Counted from the whole stretch's first letter, positions 27,521-40,339 are shown. The stretch: DNA of 63,614 bases, filler included, from Octopus bimaculoides (GCF_001194135.2; 4 parts of 4 records of this genome joined end to end with filler, not necessarily neighbours in it); one strand, 5' to 3'. The notes: generated by a model not told the origin, from the sequence alone. A program made the numbers and translations.

Positions 27521-29375
27521 GTGTGTATGTATGCACATATCTTTGTATGTGTACATAAGTGTATATGTGAGCGTGTGTGTGTATGTGTGTGTATGAGTAT
27601 ATGTGTACAACTCTAAGAACACCGGGGAAAGCGTGGATGAAAGGAGAGAGATAGAGAGACAGATAGACAGAATGACAGGCAGACAGAGAGAAGGGTGGTG
27701 TTGAAACGAAAGAGAGAGAGTTAATGAGGGAGGAAGGGGTAGGCGAATTAAGGATTGGTTACAGTGTGAGGAGAGGGATGGGGGGGAGGTAAAAGTGATC
27801 GTGAGTTAAGAAGTGTAGGGGGAGTACAAAGAGGAGGAGGAGGATGTGAATTGAGGAACGAGAAAAAGCGAAGCAAGGGTGGAGAGAGGGTAAACTAAGT
27901 GAAGAGTTTAAAGATGGGGAGGGGGGGAATAAAAGCCATGAGTAATAGAACGAAAGGAGTGCGGGTGGGAGAGGTGGAGTGGGCGGAAGAGTAGGTGGAG
28001 GGTTGACAATTTTGTTTTAATCAAATTCTATTTAACTAAATTTGTTGATGGTTAACCNNNNNNNNNNNNNNNNNNNNNNNNNNNNNNNNNNNNNNNNNNN
28101 NNNNNNNNNNNNNNNNNNNNNNNNNNNNNNNNNNNNNNNNNNNNNNNNNNNNNNNNNNNNNNNNNNNNNNNNNNNNNNNNNNNNNNNNNNNNNNNNNNNN
28201 NNNNNNNNNNNNNNNNNNNNNNNNNNNNNNNNNNNNNNNNNNNNNNNNNNNNNNNNNNNNNNNNNNNNNNNNNNNNNNNNNNNNNNNNNNNNNNNNNNNN
28301 NNNNNNNNNNNNNNNNNNNNNNNNNNNNNNNNNNNNNNNNNNNNNNNNNNNNNNGGCAGAAACATGTATCAATTGCTGTCCTCTAGTCTTTCAGACAATC
28401 AAACTCTCTTTATCCTCAATAGCATATCAATTTTGATTCTTGAAATTATCTCCCCTTTTTCATACCTGGACAAACACGCGAATATTCCTTCGACTCATAG
28501 AATTTTATTATCCGTTCCGTGACGTCAGAAGCAAATGTTCTCCCGCCCTTCTGTGGGTCAGAATTAGCCAAAATACTCGTTTTTTTTTTCTTTCTTCAGT
28601 TGCTGTGATCTCTGTACCATATAATCACCTATATGAGAAGTTTCGATAGTTTTTTTTTTTCTGTAACCAAATTTCTGGCATAAGGGTTAATAATGCGCAG
28701 TGGTGCCTCTTCTAAATTCATATTCAATATAGTCAAATTACGTGGTAAAACTGAATGCAAAATGGTTACCATACATTTATGTATTGATGTATGTTAATAT
28801 TTTGAATTTAGAGAACTGCCGCGCATACACGCCAAAAGTGTGCGCACGAATCCACCAAGGGGAAATTCATTACAAATAATAAAGAAGTGAATGCATGAAT
28901 CTACTAAGTGGATCCGTGTGCGTGCCAGTCCACGTAATCCAATAATTTCCCATACAACTAAAGAGCGTATTTGCTATAAAAAAGGAAATAGAAGCTATTA
29001 TTTGAAAACGGAATTAACTATGTAACAGATGAGAAAACAAGTTGAAATTTTAATAGCAAATTCTGACTGGCTGGGTTCAGATTACACAGGTTTGCCAATT
29101 TCAGTCAAATATATGATTAACTTTAAAGATATTCAGCACGAAAATCTGGATAAATTGACATCGCGTTCCAAAAGGAGTGTGGGTCTCAAATTTTGGCGGG
29201 GCATATCTTTGAAATCCTTAGGAGTTAGTTGGACCATAAAATTATGTATGTGTTCCTTATGCATATAGAGGTATTACCCCACCCAAAAACCTTTGAGCTA
29301 AATCTGAGTTGATCACGTGTACAGCTCTGGTTGATTTCATATGGAATGACTCATATATATATATATATATATATA

Positions 29376-29623
29376 GGCGCAGGAGTGGCTGTGTGGTAAG
29401 TAGCTTGCCTACCAGCTACATGGTTCTGGGTTCAGTCCCACTGCGTGGCACCTTGGGCAAGTGTCTTCAACTATAGCCTCGGGCCGACCAAAGCCTTGTG
29501 AGTGGATTTGGTAGACGGAAACTGAAAGAAGCCCGTCGTATATATGTATATATATGTATGTGTGTGTTTGTGTGTCTGTTTATCCTCCCACCATCGTTTG
29601 ACAACCGATGCTGGTGTGTTTAC
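29376..29623 (+). mobile_element. tRNA-derived SINE family A (best-preserved copy)
   Basis: A box GTGGCTGTGTGGT, B box GGTTCAGTCCC, body ...ggatttggtagacggaaactgaaagaagcc, then internal (TA)n/(TG)n. Homologous to at least 7 other loci in the window. Confidence 0.85.
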
Positions 29624-30284
29624 NNNNNNNNNNNNNNNNNNNNNNNNNNNNNNNNNNNNNNNNNNNNNNNNNNNNNNNNNNNNNNNNNNNNNNNNNNNNN
29701 NNNNNNNNNNNNNNNNNNNNNNNNNNNNNNNNNNNNNNNNNNNNNNNNNNNNNNNNNNNNNNNNNNNNNNNNNNNNNNNNNNNNNNNNNNNNNNNNNNNN
29801 NNNNNNNNNNNNNNNNNNNNNNNNNNNNNNNNNNNNNNNNNNNNNNNNNNNNNNNNNNNNNNNNNNNNNNNNNNNNNNNNNNNNNNNNNNNNNNNNNNNN
29901 NNNNNNNNNNNNNNNNNNNNNNNNNNNNNNNNNNNNNNNNNNNNNNNNNNNNNNNNNNNNNNNNNNNNNNNNNNNNNNNNNNNNNNNNNNNNNNNNNNNN
30001 NNNNNNNNNNNNNNNNNNNNNNNNNNNNNNNNNNNNNNNNNNNNNNNNNNNNNNNNNNNNNNNNNNNNNNNNNNNNNNNNNNNNNNNNNNNNNNNNNNNN
30101 NNNNNNNNNNNNNNNNNNNNNNNNNNNNNNNNNNNNNNNNNNNNNNNNNNNNNNNNNNNNNNNNNNNNNNNNNNNNNNNNNNNNNNNNATATATATATAT
30201 ATATATATATAAATTTAAATAATAAGGGTGAAAAATTGAATATTAATTTGATTAATATCAATTTAAAACCAGTGGCCTTGCATA

Positions 30285-30625
30285 TTGAAAACTCTGAAGA
30301 TTCGGAAAAATTATATTACATACATATAAGAGGAATGACCACTAAGTGGACATCCATTATGCTAGAAGTAGTTTACCTATGATCTGACCACTAAGAAAAG
30401 ATTGTTCTCAAGAAAATTCAGCAAACACCAGAACGTAAGTGAGCAAGACAAACGAAAAGATACAAAATATAAAGATTAATCAAAGACCGGTTTCGTTGTC
30501 AACCCTTACGTAATTACTTACGTAATTGTCCGCAACTCTTCAGTATGGTTGTCCACTTAGTGGTCATCCCTCTTATATGTATGTAATAGAATTTTTCTGA
30601 GTTTTCAGATTTCACCGCCTTTACC
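30285..30625. mobile_element. Inverted-repeat Penelope-like remnant
   Basis: About 70-bp arms (gaaaaattatattacatacatataagaggaatgaccactaagtggacatcc at ~30305-30355 versus its reverse complement at ~30547-30600) enclose the hammerhead motif. Confidence 0.5.
30480..30548 (-). ncRNA. Type I hammerhead ribozyme motif (intact core, degenerate stem I)
   Basis: 5'-CCAUA CUGAAGA GUUG...CAAC GAAAC CG GUC UUUGA-3'. Stem II GUUG/CAAC; palindromic ACCGGU stem III; GUC triplet; stem I has mismatches. Confidence 0.55.
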
Positions 30626-31384
30626 AACTCCATACCAGTCACTCCTAACTAAACAACAAAATAGTTTATTTCCTCAAATGAAGAAAACGGTTTCTGGCAT
30701 TTATTTGTATATGAGTGAACGAGTGCAATGGTTCTTGTTTCCAAAACTCACAAATTCTAGCCCCACCCCTATTTCACCTACACCAAACATTAGAGAAACG
30801 AATGCCCCCCACCAAAATTTATCGCCAGACAATTCTACGTTGCTCACCATGGTGTCGGAACGCACATTTTAAAAAAGTTTTTAAATTATTCTAATTTTAT
30901 GAGGCATGGCGATTTGTCCGCCTACTTTTCAATCCTTGCAAACACGCCTTCACCAAAGTATGAGAAGCAATAGATTAGTGAGTGTGCATGTGTGTGTGTG
31001 TGTGTGTGCGTTTCATTATTCTGTATGAATGTATGTATGTATTTTTGTGCGTGTATATATTGCTTGTCTATGTAGGAGTATGTGTCGGTATGATGTATGT
31101 GTATATGTACGTGTTTAGGTGTATATAAATGGATGTGTGCGCGTGTCTATACTTCTACTCATGGAATGGGTGCGCTTGCGTTATTAATAATTTGTGCATG
31201 TATATGTATATTTGATTACTATATATGTATGTATGATGTATGTATGTGTGTGGATAACAAGAGTGTACGTATGATGTAGGCATGTATAATATATGAATGT
31301 ATATACGTATATGCATAGATGATATGAATGTGTGTATGTATATGTATGCATAACTGTATGTAGGTGTGTGTAAACATTTTATTT

Positions 31385-31580
31385 AGCTACCTTTGATCGT
31401 TTACTTGTTTCAGTCGTTAGACTACATCTCATTACTTATTTTTTGCGTTTTAGTGGTCTTTCAAGCCAGGAACTTATTCTATTAGACTTTTTTGTCGAAC
31501 CGCTTCGTTACGGTGACGTAAGCACACGCAAACGGTTGTCGAGTAGTGTTGTTGGACAAACATAGACACAACACACACAC
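31385..31580 (-). mobile_element. SINE family A 3' half
   Basis: Homologous to 19630-19845. Confidence 0.6.
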
Positions 31581-31582
31581 GC

Positions 31583-31648
<66 letters not shown>

Positions 31649-32816
31649 GTCTGTCTNNNNNNNNNNNNNNNNNNNNNNNNNNNNNNNNNNNNNNNNNNNN
31701 NNNNNNNNNNNNNNNNNNNNNNNNNNNNNNNNNNNNNNNNNNNNNNNNNNNNNNNNNNNNNNNNNNNNNNNNNNNNNNNNNNNNNNNNNNNNNNNNNNNN
31801 NNNNNNNNNNNNNNNNNNNNNNNNNNNNNNNNNNNNNNNNNNNNNNNNNNNNNNNNNNNNNNNNNNNNNNNNNNNNNNNNNNNNNNNNNNNNNNNNNNNN
31901 NNNNNNNNNNNNNNNNNNNNNNNNNNNNNNNNNNNNNNNNNNNNNNNNNNNNNNNNNNNNNNNNNNNNNNNNNNNNNNNNNNNNNNNNNNNNNNNNNNNN
32001 NNNNNNNNNNNNNNNNNNNNNNNNNNNNNNNNNNNNNNNNNNNNNNNNNNNNNNNNNNNNNNNNNNNNNNNNNNNNNNNNNNNNNNNNNNNNNNNNNNNN
32101 NNNNNNNNNNNNNNNNNNNNNNNNNNNNNNNNNNNNNNNNNNNNNNNNNNNNNNNNNNNNNNNNNNNNNNNNNNNNNNNNNNNNNNNNNNNNNNNNNNNN
32201 NNNNNNNNNNNNNNNNNNNNNNNNNNNNNNNNNNNNNNNNNNNNNNNNNNNNNNNNNNNNNNNNNNNNNNNNNNNNNNNNNNNNNNNNNNNNNNNNNNNN
32301 NNNNNNNNNNNNNNNNNNNNNNNNNNNNNNNNNNNNNNNNNNNNNNNNNNNNNNNNNNCAAGCTTGATTGACGCGTTCGCCCTTCCTGTTTGTTTTCACT
32401 GTCCTGTTACCCTCTGCAAAATCCCAACTTTGCTTTGCGGGAGCACCTGTTTTATCGAAAGCGTATATTGTTGTTAAATGCTCGAAATACGAGACTAGAA
32501 AAACAGCCAACAACTGATGAAGGGTCGTTCTTTATGTTGTTTGTCTTGTTTTCAATTTGTATCTTTCGTTGTTCGTAAAAATAGTTCATATTCCATGTAC
32601 TCGTATTTCGTATTTTTTGTTGTACACGTTTCATGACGTCCTGTGCCCACATATGCATATATATACATATACATATACGTATAGATGTATGTACATATAC
32701 GAATGTATATATGCATTTATATATATATATATACACATTATATGATTGAACGCCATACATCCGCTTCTAAGTNNNNNNNNNNNNNNNNNNNNNNNNNNNN
32801 NNNNNNNNNNNNNNNN

Positions 32817-32828
32817 TTAATTAATTAA
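32817..32828. other. Assembly linker TTAATTAATTAA (N44-12-N44)
   Basis: Same construct as 16688. Confidence 0.95.
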
Positions 32829-32872
32829 NNNNNNNNNNNNNNNNNNNNNNNNNNNNNNNNNNNNNNNNNNNN

Positions 32873-32903
<31 letters not shown>

Positions 32904-33484
32904 ACTAAGCACGCGCATACAACCATGTATGCAACACAATGAAGGAATGCACATGTGTCTGTTTGAATGCGTGTGTCTGTCTGTCTGTATGTGTGTATGC
33001 ATGAATGTGTGTGTGTATACACGCACGCACACACGCACACCCGTACACATCATTAGAATTATCAGTGTCATCAACATCATCGCGGTCATCATCTTCTTCA
33101 TCTTTTGCTATTGTAGTTGTTGTGGTTGTAGTGACTATTGTTCAATAGCCAGGTACTTATTGCGTGTTTTCTCTGAATAATCGTGCACAGCTCTGTGTAC
33201 TTTGGTAACATGCGGTGTCTTGTTTGGGTTTGGAATTTTGGAGTGTACGCAAGTACTCAATATAAACGTTTACAGAGCTTAATTGTCGTATTTTCTGTAT
33301 ATTCCGTATATTTGTAATTATCATCATCATCATCATTATTATTACAATAATTACTATTAGTATTAGTATTATTATTGCCTTTTATACCCTTCCAGGGTCG
33401 ATGAAATAAGTACCAGTTGAGCAGTGGGGTCAATGTAATCGACTTACACCTTTACTGGCCTTGTGCTAAAATTCGAAACCATTC

Positions 33485-33638
33485 TTATTGTTGTTGTTGT
33501 TCTTGTTGTTGTTCTTGTTCTTCTTGTTCTTATTTTTCTTGTTGTTGTTGTTGTTGTTGTTCTTCTTCTTCTTCTTCTTCTTCTTCTTCTTCTTCTTCTT
33601 CTTCTTCTTCTTCTTCTTCTTCTTCTTCTTCTTCTTCT
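33485..33638. repeat. (GTT)n/(CTT)n microsatellite, representative of dozens of (TA)n, (CA)n, (GA)n, (TAA)n, (TAGA)n, (TACA)n, (TAGG)n and (TGAG)n tracts
   Basis: Directly visible; most N-gaps begin or end in such tracts. Confidence 0.95.
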
Positions 33639-34150
33639 NNNNNNNNNNNNNNNNNNNNNNNNNNNNNNNNNNNNNNNNNNNNNNNNNNNNNNNNNNNNNN
33701 NNNNNNNNNNNNNNNNNNNNNNNNNNNNNNNNNNNNNNNNNNNNNNNNNNNNNNNNNNNNNNNNNNNNNNNNNNNNNNNNNNNNNNNNNNNNNNNNNNNN
33801 NNNNNNNNNNNNNNNNNNNNNNNNNNNNNNNNNNNNNNNNNNNNNNNNNNNNNNNNNNNNNNNNNNNNNNNNNNNNNNNNNNNNNNNNNNNNNNNNNNNN
33901 NNNNNNNNNNNNNNNNNNNNNNNNNNNNNNNNNNNNNNNNNNNNNNNNNNNNNNNNNNNNNNNNNNNNNNNNNNNNNNNNNNNNNNNNNNNNNNNNNNNN
34001 NNNNNNNNNNNNNNNNNNNNNNNNNNNNNNNNNNNNNNNNNNNNNNNNNNNNNNNNNNNNNNNNNNNNNNNNNNNNNNNNNNNNNNNNNNNNNNNNNNNN
34101 NNNNNNNNNNNNNNNNNNNNNNNNNNNNNNNNNNNNNNNNNNNNNNNNNN

Positions 34151-34380
34151 CTGAAGTTCCCTCACGTTAACACTGCAAGGGAGTTTGTTGAGCTGTTTAT
34201 CAAGGCCCTTTTTAAATTAGCCCTAACGTTCCAATCACCACTGGTGCTGTGCTGCTTTTCATTCCCCACATCTTGGTCACTTCTATTTCTAGGTCTTTGT
34301 ACTTAAATAACTTCTCAACTTCTTTAATGGACACATTTCTCTCTGATGGTACTGTCACATCTATCATTAAGCATTTCTCG
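34151..34380 (-). mobile_element. R4/Dong-like RLE fragment
   Basis: EKCLMIDVTVPSERNVSIKEVEKLFKYKDLEIEVTKMWGMKSSTAPVVIGTLGLI*. Confidence 0.75.
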
Positions 34381-34724
34381 ACCGTGAGTGCAATACTCCA
34401 GCCATTAGGCTATGTGCCGTCATAAAGAGCCAAGTAGGGAGGTAAAAAATCAATGAATTTACCTAATAACCCATTGAATTACCATTGAAACACGCCATTT
34501 CCAATTCCAATAATGGTATCCCGCTCCTAAGAATATTCTTACTATAAGTTAAATGTACATAACAGGTTCGATTCTTTGTTAAACTCATTACACTTCCTTT
34601 AGCCACTGCACTTTCTGTTTATGAATTTCTTTAATTCTTTGAAGAAGGATTGGCTCTGTCAAGTAGTCTGACTTTTGGCATTTTCTCATGATTGCAATAT
34701 CTTAAGCCGTTACTCAACAGCTAA

Positions 34725-34825
34725 TTAGAATAATCTTTTAATGCTTAGTCCCAGAAACGAAGGTGTAGTGCTCATGAAAATTTTCTTACATGTTCTAGAG
34801 AGCTTCAATTTCCTCAGGTCGATGT
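34725..34825 (-). CDS. Candidate terminal coding exon of the protocadherin (DIDLRKLKLSRTCKKIFMSTTPSFLGLSIKRLF*)
   Basis: Acceptor ctaataatgtttaacttacag| at 34826/34825. Joining in phase 1 gives 33 open codons to TAA at 34727-34725 (spliced total 886 aa). No homology confirmation and no clear poly(A) signal seen. Confidence 0.4.
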
Positions 34826-35004
34826 CTGTAAGTTAAACATTATTAGTTGTTTAAAAGTTCTAATGGAGTGTGAAGTTTGAAGGACTGGAAGATGAGTTTC
34901 GTACCAAAGATAAAGAGAAGGTAGACATACGTGAGAGATAATGGGTGAGAAGTAGAATGAATGAAGATGAATGAAAGAAGAAGAAGAAGAAGAAGAAGAA
35001 GAAG

Positions 35005-35084
<80 letters not shown>

Positions 35085-35176
35085 AAAGAAGAATGTACTG
35101 TGAAAGCGAGAAGTAATTTCTGTTGACCACTGTGTAAATCTATCAATCTCTCTGCCTCTCACTATCTAGATAACGG

Positions 35177-35218
<42 letters not shown>

Positions 35219-35384
35219 CATGCATACACACTCACACATACATATAAGCATACATATGTGTGTGTATATATATAAAGTATATCCATAAACACATGCAAAT
35301 ATTTACATAAATATTTATGTATGTGTGTGTGTGTGTGTGTGTGAGTGTATGTTAGCCTGTGTGTAGTCTAAAGGTAATTTCTAA

Positions 35385-35547
35385 TATAGGCACAAGGCTC
35401 GGAATTTTGGGAGAGGTGGCTAGTACTCAACTGGATGAAATGCAAAATCGACCGCCGTAGAATTTGAACTCAGAACGTAATGAGTCGGAGGAAATGCCAC
35501 TAAGCGTTTTATGCGGCGTGGCAACGATTTTGCAAGCTCGCTGCCTT
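35385..35547 (-). mobile_element. SINE family B
   Basis: Reverse complement of the family B head and body. Confidence 0.7.
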
Positions 35548-35792
35548 ATGTGTACTCTAATATTAAACAATGGAGTACGAATAGCTGTAAGCATTCGGGG
35601 AAAGTCTCCAGTTTTCCATCCTCTCCTCCAATAGTCTTGGAGACCCTACCAAAGGTCTTGGGTGCTGCCTACCCTCCTAACTTAATGATTTTTAAAGGAT
35701 TGAGAAAAGCAGAGTTGAGTTTTTCGGGAGAGTATTGTTACAGTGAGGCAGAAGGTGGCTGCAGTTATTTTGATAAAGTCTCAAAGACTTAC

Positions 35793-35946
35793 CTGCTAGT
35801 TCCTCATAATGAGTGCTTGTTCCCATATTCCAGCCGCGTCCACTGTCACCACAAGAAGACAGGGTTGAAAGATCACTGAAGTTTTCTGGAGACATTATTG
35901 CTAGTTTTTCTTCTTTCACAACACAAGCAGTCTCTGGGAGACACAT
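35793..35946 (-). CDS. Protocadherin cytoplasmic exon (MCLPETACVVKEEKLAIMSPENFSDLSTLSSCGDSGRGWNMGTSTHYEELA)
   Basis: Acceptor ctatttattttcaatctggtgcag|ATG at 35947/35946 in phase 0, matching the upstream exon's phase-0 donor. Perfect donor GCAG|GTAAGT at 35793/35792 (phase 1). The peptide has the S/D-rich DSGxG motif resembling the conserved cytoplasmic motif of non-clustered protocadherins. Same strand and same scaffold block as the large exon. Confidence 0.85.
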
Positions 35947-36164
35947 CTGCACCAGATTGAAAATAAATAGATACTATTATACTAGATAGATAGAACTGGT
36001 TGATAGGTAGATAGGTAGGTAGGTAGGTAGGTAGGTAGGTAGGTAGGTAGGTAGGTAGGTAGGAATGTAGGTAGGTATTAGATAGGTAAATAGGTAGGTA
36101 GAGAGGCAGGTTTGTATGCACGTAAGTAGATGGATATGGTTAAGATTATAGGTATGTATGTACG

Positions 36165-36196
<32 letters not shown>

Positions 36197-36206
36197 NNNN
36201 NNNNNN

Positions 36207-36258
<52 letters not shown>

Positions 36259-36444
36259 AAAAGAAAATATGAAAGAAGAAAGAAAGAGTGAATGAATGAA
36301 CGAATGAATGAATGAATGAATGAAAGAGAATAGAATAAATAACTATTGATAGAAAAATTTATCATCTGCAATTAAACCAAGGAAAAGTACAGATTCATAA
36401 ATATATGTATGCTCACACTCACACACTCACGCGCATACACACAC

Positions 36445-36483
<39 letters not shown>

Positions 36484-36776
36484 TGTGCCATTATGAGAGC
36501 AGAAGGTGGATATACATAAATAAATTGAAGGAGAGATAAGGAGAAAGACAAATAGACAGTCAGTGGGAGTGAGAGTAAGAGAGGAAGACAAATATACAGC
36601 CAGTGTCATTCAGATTGAAAGAAAAAGAAGTAGATATAGGCGTGTAAAGATAGATAGTGGAGGAGAGTGACTGAGTGAGGGAGAGAGAGAGAGAGGAATG
36701 GAAAAGGTAGATACAGGAGATACAGGAATATATATACCTATATAAATATATATATATGTATATATACAGAGAAAGA

Positions 36777-36820
<44 letters not shown>

Positions 36821-37299
36821 ATGAGTGAGAGAGGAGAGAGAGAGAAAAGAGTAGATATAGTTAGATATAAATATACTGAGATGGAGAGAATGTGTACATA
36901 GACGTATGTGTGAAGAAATCATGGCCTTTTTAAAATGACGCCTCGAATTTTATTTTCGGTACTTTTAAAAGGCAAGTTGATGTTAGGGTTTAATCACGCT
37001 TGTCTGGAAGCTGGAAGCTCCGTTTTAAATAGAAACTTTGGTGCCATTTCCAAAGTTAATTCTTCACACACGTACATATGCATAGTTTTGCTCTCTCCAT
37101 TCTCTCTTTATGACTCATGCATGCACATACCGTTCACCGTCCCTCACCTACTCATACACTCAGTGTGGAGGTTAAAGTGTCTTATGTCACACTGGCAAGA
37201 TGGATGTCCAGCTTCTTAGCTTTGATTGAAATTATAAACATATTTGAAATTATAAACGTATTGTATTTGAATTGAAGTACTATTCAGTATGCTAAATAG

Positions 37300-39060
37300 G
37301 GAAGACAAGACGTTTCAGATTTTCTGACCAAGCTAGGCAAATACATATGGACCAGTTTTGCATGTGTTGAGACACAAGTTTTTAATTTCTATTTTGTTCT
37401 ATGATGCGTAAAGATAATTCTAGCGTTTGGTCTGGATTCATGAATTCACGTTCAAATGGCAGGTATTGATTGCAGATAGGCATCTTGATGGCGTGTACCA
37501 TTTTCCCACTTTTCTTCCAGGTGACCATAGAATTGGTATGGAAAGGAACAACAACTTACTCGGAAGGAATAAAGATGGGAAGACATCAGATACTGTCACT
37601 GCTGCATGCCTTTATGGATGACATCACTGCTGTAGGGAAAACAAAGACAAAAAAAGCCACTTCTAGAGCAGTTTGATAAGCTATTTAAGTTGTGTCGGCT
37701 GCATACCGAAGCCTCAAAAAGTGTCACAGAATATTCATATGCAATAACACAGGAGGTTGTTAAATAACTCCACTTTTACTTTGGATTCAATGAACTACGG
37801 AAAAGATAAATTGGCCGTCTTTGTGCAAAGTTTGAGATTTAGATTAACGTGTGTCAAAGACTAACTGCCATTAACAACTGCGGTTTAACAAGGGAGCTTA
37901 AAGTATGGTATTCACAACAAATTGCATGGCCCTTTGCTAGACTTTTATTACCACTCATATAATATTTACAAAGATATAAAAGCGAAAAAGTTTGCTAAAA
38001 CGTTCCTGCAAAAGCGTATTTGGTCACTGCCATGTTTTACAGGAGTTGGGATGTATAGCGCTACTGTGGAATTCAAGTGCAGTTAACATCGCTGGTAGAA
38101 AAGTTTATAGTAGTAAAAAATCGATGCCGCGTAATGTTATTAGATTTGGTGGACCCCGTTTTGGAGATACTAACGGAAAGTGTCAATGTTGTGTGAGAAA
38201 AGTTGCTGAAGTGAGAGAGATCATTCTAAAAACGAAAGATGTGATATATAAACGTAAGAGGTGCCGAATATAAAGCTGGATTAGGAGACATGCGAGACAA
38301 ATGGCTAATCCATAAGAAAAATGGAGGCAGATGAAATATTGTGAAGAAAATAAATAATCATAAGGAAGAGGTGAAGAGCGTGCGTCTAAAACCAATGTGC
38401 ATGGCTAATATCAGAAGGAACTGAGTAAAGAATATTGTCGTCGAATATGTTGTGAAAAATGGGTTCAACCAGGCAGTGACTATTATTGATTGCAGCATTT
38501 TATGTGCTTCCATTCTCGGCCAATATTAGACGGTGGGATTGGAATAATACTGCTATTACTGTTAATGTAAGCATCGGTATTGCTCAGTGAAGTTTAAGTA
38601 GTGGTTCTCTCGGTAGGCGACGAAATTAGTGCGATCTCCAAATAATGCAGCTGATGATGGGGTATATCACTGGAGTATATTCTTGCAGCTTTGAAACCAT
38701 ACCTCGTAGAATATTCTTTAGCAGAATAATCATGTAAAGAATGTCTTTGTCGATTCACTTTAGCAGTAGTGATATTTAAAAGAGAGTCAGCACAAGTTGC
38801 ACCCTATTGCATCTAACTCATAAGAACTACGAGATAGAACAACGCAGGAGAGAAACGATAAAAGAGTTGAGATCCAACTCCTCTTTGGACTGCTGACTAG
38901 AAGATGCCGGACAGTATGAAGGAAGCGCACCTACTGTAATAATCGCAATGATGAAGCGACACTCTACGCTCTCTACTTATGGCATTGGGTAACTTAACAA
39001 AAGAAGCTTTAATCGCTGGATTTATTGCGCATTGAGGTGATAATATAGAGTATGCACCCG
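37300..39060 (+). mobile_element. Fossil RLE-type non-LTR retrotransposon (Hero/NeSL/R2-like), antisense within the protocadherin intron
   Basis: QIGILMACTIFPLFF...HAFMDDIT (RT motifs 4-5), NNCGLTRELKVWYSQ, SANIRRW, and RLE-like DSMKEAHL and AGFIA remnants, all in collinear order. Heavily disrupted. Confidence 0.7.
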
Positions 39061-39976
39061 AAAATAGAAGTGCGGGTTAAAATATAAAGAACTTGGGAAA
39101 TCATATGAAGTACAACGATTCCAGTAAAGCGTGGAATACTTACAGGTTCTTCGCTAAATTCACTATATTCTACCTAGCTAAAACTAACGTGTGTATATAT
39201 ATATATATATATNNNNNNNNNNNNNNNNNNNNNNNNNNNNNNNNNNNNNNNNNNNNNNNNNNNNNNNNNNNNNNNNNNNNNNNNNNNNNNNNNNNNNNNN
39301 NNNNNNNNNNNNNNNNNNNNNNNNNNNNNNNNNNNNNNNNNNNNNNNNNNNNNNNNNNNNNNNNNNNNNNNNNNNNNNNNNNNNNNNNNNNNNNGTGTGT
39401 GTGTGTGTGGGTGTGTGTGCGTGTGTGATTTTTGAATTGGAGAAAGAAAAGAAAGTGATTTTTTTATGGTTATGGAAAGAAAAGTTCAAAAACAAGAGCA
39501 AAGAACAAGTGTAAAAAAAATAACAGCATCGTGTAGTGGCCACATTGACAAAAAAGTGAAAAAGTAATGTACAGCGTGAACAAAAATAACACGAACATTC
39601 TGTTTTAGCATCGGTATTGCTCGACGAAGTTTGAGGTAGTAGTTCTCTCGGTAGGTGACGAAATTAACGCGATCTCCAGATGATGCAGCCGATGATGGGG
39701 TATTCCACAAGGCAAGCTCTATATAAAATTACATATATAAATATATATGTATAGATGTGTGTGTGTATGTATGCATATATGTATTTGTGTGTGTGTGTGC
39801 GCGCATGTGTGTTTGTGCATGCGTGTGTATATGTACGTATGCATACATATGCACACACACATATATATTAGTTCGAAAAAGAGCTGATACCTTTGTTGAA
39901 ACAAATTTCAAGTTGTTCACGATATTCATGTAGCTACTTAGATATATAATCAAATATATAATAGATAGCTAGATAA

Positions 39977-40029
<53 letters not shown>

Positions 40030-40339
40030 CAGATGAAAAGCTGGCCACTAGATATACAAACAAAGACATAGTTATATCAGTTAATTACATATATAATTAT
40101 ATCGACAAGTACCAGAGCTGCAGTCTGATAGTTCTGCAGCAGGTTTCAAATATACAGAATGGAAGTAAAATTCATGTGGCACGAAAATGTTGTAAAGCCA
40201 TATAATGGTGAGAAATGAAATTCTGAAGGTGAAGAAGTCCAATAGGCACAGACAGTAAATATATATACTGGAATTTGAACATTAATCACACGCAAAGTAA
40301 GATCAGAATAGAAGGCGTTTGCCTCGATTCAAAATAGAC

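Noticed and set aside
38650-38700. Hammerhead at CTGATGA...GAAAC (plus strand)
   Set aside because: Could not build stem II closing onto GAAA, or an NUH plus stem I.
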